DNA of 36,707 bases from Dimargaris cristalligena. Its lineage: Eukaryota. This document shows, one piece after another, positions 10,756 through 22,100 of this stretch. The translations under genes were made by a program, and so were the position numbers. The notes below the pieces were generated by a model. It did not search any database. It saw nothing but the letters and a program-made list of their open reading frames with translations, and had not been told where the DNA came from. The stretch is from contig ML002372.1 of NCBI GenBank assembly GCA_003614675.1, positions 1 through 36,707 on the forward strand, in the 5' to 3' direction. Within the stretch, counting starts at the first letter, position 1, and each line of letters opens with the position of its first letter.

Positions 10756-12143
10756 AGAAACCCCATCCCGGAGTATGATCACCGAAGAGCGAAGGTCGTC
10801 ATAATAATAGTTAGTGGTCTACCTCTATCCCTTCAATTCAGCGGAAAATTGAGGATTTTGGAGATAGCTTTAGTCAAGTTAAATGATTTTTTAAGCGTCC
10901 ACAGGTCTTGCGCAAATATATGGTATGGGTTAAGCTGCCACTAGGTTCAGGCCGACTCTTTAAATATTGTACACCGACCAATCGACCGACCACTTATTTT
11001 TCAGATGTGAAGTTGGTCCAGATGAGGTTTAAATAGCAGTACACCGCGTATGGGGCTGCTTCGAAGACAGCGCCGGTTTCACTAATATCCGTCTTTGCCG
11101 TCATACTGTGTCCAAATCCCAGGCTGACACTGCATATCCAAATGATTGTCCATGAATTATTTATTACAGTCACCAACCACGAGTCGTAGGACGAATTATA
11201 AATATATATATATATATATTCAATCTAAGGGCCACCATTATAACATTCTGAAAATAAAAATGATGTCAGCAGTCCAATAAGGCTATAGAAAACCCACTGG
11301 GCTACAATCCATTCGTCAGTAATTATCGACCTGACTGGATCTCATCTCAGCTGGTATGCATGGCATAAATACTTGGCACCCCTCGGCTGGGGGATTCCCT
11401 TGAGAAGCGGGAGTAGGTATTTTTCCGCAAATCTGACTTGGCGGGGTACCTTTCTTCTTGAATAAGACAAGCCTACTTCTGCCCGTGGATGGCCGCTTAA
11501 ACAAATCAAGGATACAAAAGAGATGTTCGGCCAATGTGCTTTATTACTCAAACGATACAGTAAATCTCCCATCCCTATTTTTCCGCAACTTATACCTCTA
11601 CGGACTCCTCACAGGGGTATTGTTCTATTAGCAATTATTGATATCACACCGTGTAGTGATTTATCTGAATTTCGTGGAGGGCCTTTTTTTAGCCATAGGC
11701 ATATAACCCAATAAAATACGACATTTGTCTGCACCGTCAAATCCTAATAATATCCGATTAAGGCTGAAAAACGACTAAGCGGTTGAATAGGTTAATTCCC
11801 AACCATCAGTTCCGCTGTATAGTAAAAAAATCTGTTTTATAATAAGGTATTACTTTACTGGTAAAAGGGGTGTGTACAATTCACATTCAGTGATATTAAA
11901 TTCCCCCCATATGTTTTGGTTGGATGGGAAATACCCAAACGCGTCCCTACCACCACCGCAACGCTGTCTGAATAGTAAATATAATATAACGCTTGATTCC
12001 AAGTCCAGGCGGGTTATTTGCCATAAGGCATGCCACATCTTCAGTTTCACCAAGAACATCCTCTCCATCCGTTTAGTATTATTTGTCCATTCGTCCGGCG
12101 GTGCCATCCTTGTCCTACTATTGCTTTTTAGTCATCCGACCCC

Positions 12144-14182
12144 ATGAGCATTCTACGCGAAGACGCCTACCTTGTGATTGAGCAAGGCTCATTTGCGACG
12201 CGCTGCGGCCTCGGCATTTCCGATCCCAATAAACTACCGTCTCAGGTATGTGGAACTCTCTGTTAAAAGGGCACCTGTCGACCATTCATAATCCCCCTCC
12301 CATCACTATGGGGGCAGGTCGGTTTTCATTGGGGCCGATTTCCTTGCTTGACCAGTGCTTTGTTAGCCCAGTCGCCCCAGCTCGCCAGAGCCTCAATAAT
12401 TGAGACCTATTACCATATCTAAATACGGACTAATCCAAACCAATCCGGGAATATACCCTCTTTTTGGTCCCACTTCCTTTCTTCCTTACCACGACAAAAA
12501 CACTAATAGGTCATACCTACCCAGGTTGGCGAACTAGCTGCCGAAACGGATACGGCCGACTCTGCGGCTTCGAAGGTTAAATACGCATGTGGAGACACTG
12601 CTCTGCATAAACCCGATCGACTAAAATCGGCCGCCACTTGTCCTCTCAGGGATAATCATGTCGCTGACTGGGACCACCTCACAGCTCTATGGTAACGTAC
12701 CTTAATCACTTGCTCGTTATTATGACACCTGCCAAATCGAGATTTCACCCTGGATAACAATATACTCAATAATCCATATATCTTTCTTGATTAACCAAAC
12801 CCCAAAAACACACCTTCTGTCACTAACCGTACACATTGACTAATGCATATATCTTTATACCACATTTTATCCCGTACTTGACATTTGAATCCCTTCAATT
12901 CACCGATGCAGGCGGTATATTATCACCAAGCGGTTCCGATTAAAGGTTCCCACCATGGACAGTCCTGTAGTATTGGCCGTGCCTACCGGATGGTCCCGCA
13001 ACGAGCTCGAACGGACCGCCCAAATCTTCTTTGAACAATTCAATGTCCCCGGAATCTACATTGCTGAGAAGCCACTCTTGGCGGCCTACGGCTGCGGTGT
13101 ACTTACCGGCCTGGTCATTGATATTGGTCACAATTTCACAGGTAAGCACCATTTAATTGTACCCCCCCCCCTTAGGCCCACCTCAACGACGTTAACTTAT
13201 CTAGAAGCCAGTCTTTTATAATACAGTTAAATAACCATCCATATCGAATGTTGCGCTATGCTATTTCTTTTTCCCAACAGATATTACACCTATTCTTGAT
13301 AGTACTGTCCAAGGCCACGCTCTCCAGCGGCTGGCCCTGGCTGGTGCACACGTCGAAGAGCGTCTACTAGAGGTACTGCGCCAGGACTCTGGTGCTACTT
13401 CGACTCTTGGGGACAAACTGGATTTAAGTTTCTGCCGATATGTGAAAGAGCGCCACTTTGACCTGACCCGGCTGAATGCCAAGGGTGAACTAGCGACCAA
13501 CGACACTAAACCCATTGAACTGACCTACCAGGACATTAAGGTAGGCCACTAACCATACATTGCGCATGTGGGTTTTGCCAGATAGACATCTGCCACGCCA
13601 ATAGTGCACACCTTCCAACCAAATCGGCTTATGAGGCAACTAAGTGCATCTTGGCATTTGCCAAGGTATTAAATTAACCTACACCATTATTTAACCCCGG
13701 GCTCCCTCAATTGTATTCTTATTTTGACGCGTCACCCCATCCAGGTCTCGCTAAACCCCCGTATCCTACAAACCATTGAAGTTCTCTTCTCCCCTGGACT
13801 GACCAACCAGTACAGTCTCGACCTATTGGCCGCCATTGAACGGGCCATTCTCCTGTGCGACTTTGATAAACGTACCGCTCTATGGGACAGCTTTATCCTG
13901 ACGGGTGGCCTGTCTATGATGAAGGGCTTCCAGGCCCACCTCGAACTCCGGTTGAAAAGTATTCTACCGTGCTCAGATAACTTCGGTGACTCCCAGGTGC
14001 AGGAAGTCAAATTCATCAAAATCCCCGATTACTTCTCCAAGTTCAAGGATCGCCCGGATTATATGGCTTATCTGGGTGCCACCATCGCCGCCAAATTGGT
14101 GTTTGTCGATCCTAAAAATTACGTCAATAAGGTCGATTATAACGAAACCGGACCGGCCGCCATATCAAGTAAGGGAGTGTAG
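12144..14182 (+). CDS. ARP9: Actin-related protein, ARP9-like (SWI/SNF and RSC subunit), 403 aa
   Basis: Exons 12144-12245, 12510-12691, 12912-13141, 13281-13540, 13745-14182; all GT-AG with consistent phases (1212 nt). Actin-fold motifs: YLVIEQGSFATRCG, DWDHLTALW, IFFEQFNVPG, GLVIDIG, ILTGGLS. C-terminal KIPDYF..FK..P...AYLGATIAAKLVF..YVNKVDYNETGP resembles fungal Arp9. Confidence 0.85.
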
Positions 14183-16784
14183 TAGAAGTGAGGAGAAGAG
14201 GGGGGTGCTTTTTATTTATAGCTTTTATATTCTGGATTCATCCTTTCCTCCGCCTTTTTATTTATATATATATATATATACTAATGGATGTGGAAAGGCC
14301 CTGCGTTAAGTAGGCTTACCCCACTTTCGAAACAGTATCTTCGTTTAATGAAATGCCTTTGACCCGTCCAGCTGAGCTTGCACCGACGTTAAGGGTTTTC
14401 GGGCTGGAAAGGTGCGGTAATGCTCTCTACAGGAAATACAATGTAATAAATTATATAGTCTTAAATTCCGCTGCTTTTTTTTTTCTCTTTTTGGACGGTG
14501 ACTGGTGGCTGATATTTCCAAAAAATTAGGTATAATGCTTTACCAAGTAGTGCTGCGTCAAATGCAATCCTCAAGGACATGCCAAGTCTGCCGAGAGGCT
14601 CTAACGGGTGGATGAGGGGTTGAAATAAGTAATAGTTGGACACTGTAATGCCAGAGGGAAGAAAATGGGCGGTGCAATGGGATACTATAAATAGTTGGCT
14701 TCATTAATATATCTCGGCCACATTCGAAGATTTATGAGAATAGCGGGTATTCGATCCAGTTATGTTCAGTTTTACCCTGGGCTTTTATGCACCCTTGGAA
14801 TATAATAGTAGGCCATAAAAGGATAGTTATAATAATAATGCGATGTTTAATATTACCATATACAAAATGAAATTAGAACCAGTCGGCCGTGTATAACAAA
14901 TTGAATGGTTTTAAAACAAAAGTCGCACCCTCCCCCTTTTCCACTCGCCGGCGTTTTAAATCATACCCATATTGACTACATCAAGGTATATCCAGTGCTG
15001 TAACAAATAGCATGGGTCGCGGTGTGCTGAAGCAGGAGAAGAGCTTTGTGGATAAACTGTAGAATGGGTTTCAATAACACGTCTCTGTCTGACATTTTTC
15101 TAATTGTATGAGCAATAGCGTGGGCTTTTCCTAAATATTACCACTGAGAAGCTGCAGTCCATTTAACGATCGTACAAAATATAGTGGAAAGACCAGAAAA
15201 GCTAGGGCACCACACATGTCAAAGGGGATGGTTACGGCAGGGAAGCGACGATATACCCTTAAAGTATGTGATAAAATACCCGGGTTTCCAGCGACTTAAG
15301 GGAATGGCATAAAGGCCTCACCGTCCACTGTAATCTAGGTTACTAGGAACCGATTAATTACACGGGGGAAATGCCCATTTAATGGGCGGCTAAACTAAAA
15401 TTGACTCCGACAGACACATATGGGTCCAACTGGCCTCCACATCCTGTCCCTCAATTGGATAGCGTGGCTCACCTGCAATATACATTCATGGAAATGAAAA
15501 TAGCGGGTAAAACTACGACTGCCCCACTTTTAACGCCGACCACTATTCGCCTAATATATAGAATAGCATAAGGCGGATACTCTTTATAGACAATCGTTTT
15601 ACTACTGCGGCCTGCCTTATTAGCCCCCCTCCTAACTATTGGTAGTGGTTGTCCATTATCCTACTCTCCTACATGGTCATCAAAAACTATCGTGATTGGT
15701 GTGCCTTCGGACCTTTCATTGTCGCAGTATTTAAAGAGATAAAGCCACCACCATCCCCCTTTGCAACCCCACCTTTATTCACCAAGGTGGTCTATGCCCT
15801 GATCCCAAGGCCGATGTTAGCGCATAAGGTTCTCGGCCTCAGCTGGGCTCTGCGGAGGGAAATGGAGGTGATCGAACGAACCGATTGTGTCTATTTTAAA
15901 ACAGCGCGAATGAGGGAGGGGGGTTCATTACCAGCGAATAAACGAACGGATATGGCTCACGCTAAAAGAAAAAGGGTACAACCCGATTGACGAACGCGGG
16001 GGTGGAGAGGCCTACCGGGCGGGCGGTATTTGACCGGAAGTGGCTACTCTACACTTCCCCGATGGTCGAAAACTGGACTGGCTCAAGGACACTTGCAGAC
16101 CCGGCTACATTGGAGTTTTGTTGCTGAAGACCGAACCACCCCCATTTACAACAGTTGCCCAAGAACGATTGCGGCTTGAGCACCGAGCTTTCCATCGAAA
16201 CCTGCACTGAATATACCACCCTTGGCCTTATAAGCGGTGGTTAATTCCAAGCCGCCTACATTGGGCAAAACTAGGGCCGACGAGTTTACGTCTTTGTTTA
16301 TACACCGGAAACTCGGGACTTTAATTTATTACTTCCCTCCCCTAAATTTGTTACTCTCTCTCTTTCGCAATTTCTTGCTCCGGATCAGAAAATTGGCTAT
16401 TAATTACCTCACAACTCTTACCCTGTACTGCTTCAATACACTCCACCCTAACCCACAGGGTGTGGAGCCACTACTGTACATATTATCGAACCCGCTAGCC
16501 TTCGTCCCCCTGCTTTTCCACACTTCACCATTTACCCCTTGACTCAGATTCTGCTCACTCGCCTCCAAAAAGGTATCCTCTCCAGCTTAACCGCACACCA
16601 TGCTCGAAACCAATAATAATAATAGAAAAACTACCGTCTCCTGTGCTACGCTGTTCGGTGGACTAATACTCATGAGCTGGGTACCCGACCTGGCCGGGGT
16701 CAATCCAACAATGACCCGTCCAATATATACGATTGGGTTGGGCCGGGAATTTATAGTACGGCAACCAAGAGTCTTTCACCCCCC

Positions 16785-16810
16785 TCTCTCGCTCTCTCTC
16801 TCTCTCTCTT
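16785..16810. repeat. (CT)n microsatellite
   Basis: ctctctc-g-ctctctctctctctctct upstream of the giant ORF. Confidence 0.8.
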
Positions 16811-18752
16811 CCTTCTCCCTGCGTCCAACCAATGACCAAGACCGTGGGGCCCTTTCCTCCTTTGCGACACCCCCTCTCTCCATGCCGTCTCGCGGTTGTT
16901 CACCTCTCTGGTTTGCTGCACTCCCGCCAGGCTGGGGGTAGCTCTACAGTGGAGGCCCAGCCGACTGGTTTGCTGCCGAAACCCACCTGGTTATTGCATA
17001 TATATCCACGAAGCCGCCCCCTTCCATTATGAAGACAGCTCGTTGAATTCATTTCTCCATCGACTCTACATTACTAGCTGCTTGTCGGTAATACGTGTCA
17101 TCTGGGACCATTCTGAGATTTAAATATCCACACTCTTACTCACCTACTCTCCATCCCTCTCACCCTCCTTCATTCATTCATTTCTATATCCTCGCCGTCT
17201 CTGCCATTATTCATCAAAACTGCCGCATTTGCTTTACAAATTCCCAATTTCCATTCCATTCGTTATCATTCCTCGTGTAGGTTGGTAATAGACCCGGCAA
17301 TCTAGTATACCTTCAGTTTATCATCATTTTTGCCGGGAAGCTGGTCATACCCAACTGTTATTTACGTGCACCCCGTATTCCCATTCTCGTTAACGTGCGA
17401 ATTTACGGGCTCGCCCACACGCCAATTCACCCAAGTTCCGTGAATACCATTCGATATATCCCCTTACTAAATTGTATACCTTTTCTGCTTCCAACGACCC
17501 TTATTTGATAGTTCACAGTCACTTCAGTATCCCTATTCTCCTGTGATTACATGGGCATTTGCTGTATTTGCTATACATATATCCCTCTTTTAGTTTTGAC
17601 TGCAGTCTGCAACAGCCACTTGCCATTTAGTACGGCAACCGCCTTTTTCTGTTGATATTCTTCATAGATTCACGCTCCACAGCTCCCCCTATACCAATTA
17701 CCCACCCACACGCTCTATTTTATTTATTATTATTATTTTCAATTTAAAAATACTCCGATTTATGAATACCATTCGTATACTACTAGGCACAGATATCTTC
17801 TCGTTCAGCCATCTCCTTAATTATCCCACTCGTGCTGCCTCCTACATTGCATAGCCAGTGGTGGTCCTAACAAACCACGTTGCCTGCGTTAACACCTGAT
17901 TACCCGCGAGATATCCACACACACATACACCACCCTTAGAGCCCGGCGAGTTCCCTCCTTCTCTCTCCTCTCTCCTAGCGTGTTCTGCAATTTAACCCCT
18001 TTTTTGTTGGCTTCACTCGACCCATTCACACCGCTGGCCTCAGCCATACACCTACGCCTACACACGCACACAGACATACAGACGTACATACCTTCCCCGT
18101 CCCCTTTTACTTGGACCTCCTCAACCTCCAAGCAGCCTCCATTGCCTTTTTCTTGTGTGAAGGCGTGTTTTCCGCATAAATTGGATTCATAGTGAACAAC
18201 CCTCGTCCATTCACCACCCGGAACCCGGTCGAGACCGATCTCCTTCCCCCTATTAGCTATCCCTTTGATTATAAAAATATCACATCTCTCTCTATTCCCT
18301 CTTCCTCTTCCTTCCCTTACCCTTCTTCGACCGGCTTGAAGATCCCCGCTATTTATTCCAATCACCGCACTTTGCGTCTTCTTTGATCAAGATCATAGCT
18401 AACTTTAGTTGATTAGCTACAGCCTTTCCGTATCCCAAGTATCGGGAGCCAATCATAGGATCAGTCCGTTTATTTAGTCTCCATAATTTAGGCGTGCTTC
18501 TCTTGTAATACATCACCAATATCCTTCCCCCCTACATGTTCCTTCGTCTGGTTATTTCATTCTCCACCCCATAAAACCCTGTAGTTATCTCTTCGACCGT
18601 CCCCCCGCAGCCTCTGACATTTCCCCCACGTCACACCGCGATCTTCGAGCCCACGAGTAATCCTAACGAACCACACCCGATTTACCATCCGCGTAGATTT
18701 TATATACCTCAATTGTACATTTCTTTTGGTTTTAAATATTTTATCTCATTAG

Positions 18753-19091
18753 GTAGGTTAATGGGATTGATTGCCCCGTGAGCTAATTCAAACTAATTAG
18801 TGTCTTTCCCGGTTAATCGGTTATGCCTCGACCACTGCTACGATGAGGTGTTCCTGCGCCTCGATTTACCAACTCCCCTTATCGCTACGCTCCCCTGCAT
18901 TATGTAAATACTAACCACTCTCCTCCCTTTACTCACCCACTCCCCTCTCCCTGCCTGTATTCCCCCCTCCACTATGCAACTATATATTTGTGCGCTTGTA
19001 TGAAACTATTCCCTCATCAAAGATAATTGACCCTGTGCAGAAATAGTCGTCATTGACTGATTCGGGTTCTTTTCTTTTTTTTCTTCGTCAG
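18753..19091 (+). other. Probable 5' UTR intron of the giant ORF
   Basis: Donor GTAGGT at 18753, CTGAT/TTGAC branch-like site near 19055, polypyrimidine tract and CAG ending at 19091, 33 nt before ATG 19125. The upstream exon ends in an in-frame TAG, so it is non-coding. Confidence 0.45.
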
Positions 19092-19124
19092 CAATACTCG
19101 CCCGAACTAAGCGGATACTTATTC

Positions 19125-22100
19125 ATGACGAACGCCAACGTTTGCACCCAACCACCAACCGCTTATCCCTCTCGTCATCGGTCTGTCCTACCGCCCCCGG
19201 TTCCCCACCCACCCAGTCAATCACTCCACGAGACTTTGTCCCGCTTCGGCCTGGAACCCACCCCTTTGACAGTAGACCCGTCCTTAGCCGTATCCTCGTC
19301 ACCGTCGCCGTCACCGCTCACCATGACGGATAGTGGCCACCCCAACCTCTCCTACAGTCAAGGGAGTGCTGGCAGCGGTAAGCCACCGACGTTCCACGCC
19401 TTACTGCAGTCCCCTTCCACGTATTACCACCACCTCCCCTCCCCCAAGAAACCCGGTTTGGCCCTCCTGCACGAACCGCATGCCATCGTCTCGCCCATTC
19501 CAGCGACCGCAGCGGTTGTGGTCATGGGCCGGGATGGAGCCTCCCACGCTTGTTCGTCGCCCGACTTACCATCCCCCCGGCCCCACCGCCTGTGTGACTC
19601 CCAAGGTTCCCTGCAAAGCGACGGCACCGTCTATGATCCGTTGGGCCTCGAAGAGATGGGCCACCCTAGCCCGTCGAGTCCTACCCATAATAATCATTCC
19701 ACAGCTTCGACCAAAGGAATGGCTGCGGCTTCCTGGTCCACCATTAAACGCAAAGTGACCCAGAAATTCAGTCTACGCCGCCTACGCCAACCGTCGGAGA
19801 GTGACTGGGAACGCCGGGTCAATCATTGGATCCAACAGGAGGAGGATGCGGTGGCGGCCGAGACAGCGGGGCAGCAGGATTCGCCGTCACCCCTAGTTCC
19901 ACCCCCGACCGTGAGCATGGCCTCGGCGACGGGAACCGGGATGGGAAGTAATGGTTCCGTCCCCCTGCTATGCACGGCCCCCCAACCACTCCGGCCGACG
20001 GTAGGGGGGGGCATTCCCCTGGGCAGCGGCGGGGTTTCCCACCGCTCCTTCTCCCCCGAATCCATCGTCAACGTCCAAGTCTGTTCTTCCGACTGTGACC
20101 AACCCGACTATTACCAGGGGCTCACCTACATTGGTTCGCTTCGCCGGGCCCCCACGGACCAACTCCGGGTCCTCAATCCCCCCACGGTATCTGCGAGTCC
20201 GTCTTCGGATTCCCTGGCCCAGGCGGGCGAGATTGGGGTAGCAGGAGGGAAGCTCGCGGTGGGGCCTTCGGTAAGCAAAGGGACCCCCAAGGCGCGCAAT
20301 CGCCTGTTGTCGTTCGACGGTTCGAAATACCGGATTCCGACCATGTCGATTCAGAATCGATCCTTGGCCCAGTCCGGATGGGGTCTGGCCCGGATACGGT
20401 CGCCCAAAACCTCCACGGCGGCGAATATCCCGACGACCTCAACCTCAGCTACAGCTACCACTACCACTTCCGTGGCGGATTCTACCGCTAGCAGTAGGAC
20501 CACCGTGGTTGGCTTGCCGACGACCGGCCGTACGCCGAGTCCGGCTAATTCGGCCAACACCCCCTTTGCCGTATTTCAACGGGATCGGGCCCAATATGCG
20601 GAAGAGGGCGTGGACATTACCGCCAAACTCGGGGGACTATTGCCGGCTGACGTCAACCCCCACCACAGCCCCACCGACGAGGCCTATCTGTCCTGGACGA
20701 CCTACGGTACCGCCTCCATGGATGATGAATTGCGCGAACGGTTTCTGGCGTTGTGCCCCGAGGCCAAGCTCCCGCAATCCCGCCGGAGTTTGTCGATTGC
20801 CGATAACACGGCCAATTCGGCGGTGGACCGGTGGATGGACGGAATGGATGACAATAATGGTGGTAGCGATGGTCATGATGATGCCGTACCACAAGGCCCC
20901 CCGACTAATGTCGCCCTAAACCGGATGACTCGGGGCAAAAGGTCGCATACGATAACATCAGGATCCCCTTCAACCTCCCAACCTACAGTATCAGTGGCAA
21001 CTACGGCAGCGGCCTCCCATGCATCAGTCGCCCCTAGTGTGGGCACGGGTATGGGTATGGGTGCAGCTCACTCTACCTCCACCTCGGGACCCACCAAACT
21101 ACTCCACCAAGTTGAGGAGCTCACCACGCAAATCATGAGTCGGATGCGGGGGGCTTCCCAGCTCAAAAAGTCCACGTCGGGGTACAGTAAGTCCCACAAG
21201 ACGCCGGCCCCGACGATTTCCACCTCCGCGCCGTGGCCGATTCAGCCCAGCGATACGGAATTTCCGACCGCCTACGCCATTTCCCCCGCCACCGCGACGC
21301 TGCCGAATGGAGTGCCGCTGGTCCCCATTGAGCAGGCGGCGTTGGGCCTTTCCCAGGCTTCCTTGCCTCTTCCGACCTCCCCCGGAGCCCCGCCTTCGTC
21401 GCCCCGGGAGGGTATGTTTATCCAGGTGGGGCCTTCGGGACCTCCAGTAGCGGTCAAGGCCCGATCCGACGCCTCGCAGAACACCGAAATGGTTGCCACC
21501 ACTCCGGTGGTCTCCACCCTAGCGGAAACCCCCGGAGTCCAAAGTGGCCGGCCAGCCTCGGGCCAGGTACTCCCCCCCTATCTGTCCGAACCCCATCTGC
21601 CCATCGCCAAACGGATGCAAAAGGCCATGACCATGGATATTTTGGACGGTAATCGATCGCTGCCGCTCAATCTCCGGGAATTCGCCCCGTCGTCGCCCAT
21701 CACGAAACCCTTCCGGTCGCCCCAGCTTAAACCCTCGCCCGTGATGCCCCCTAAATCGGCGTACCGACTGGTTACGCCGATCCAACGACCTATATCACCG
21801 GAAGAATCCACGACCACGCCTACCACTACTACTTCTGTCTCGGTAGCTACCGCTAAGAATGTGCCCGTAGCTATGGGATTTTCCTCTCTTCTGAAAAATC
21901 CGATGGAGTCTTTGCCCCCCACTTCCACATCCACCATCACCAACCGGGAGATAGGTAACGGCAACGAACAAGAAGGTGAAGGCGAGGGCCAGGCCAGTGC
22001 GTCGAGTTCCACGTTTGGGGTGCGCACCCGCGCATCTTTGGAGCGCCCGCCCCTACCCCCCAGTCTGGGTATGGTCCCCCGACGGGCCACCGAACCCATC

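Noticed and set aside
10702-10796. TPP riboswitch-like words (GGGTG..GCTGAG..ATAC..TGATC..AGCGAAGG)
   Set aside because: Spacing is wrong, the P5 stem and its AAUG/AAUAC loop are absent, and no thiamine gene is adjacent.
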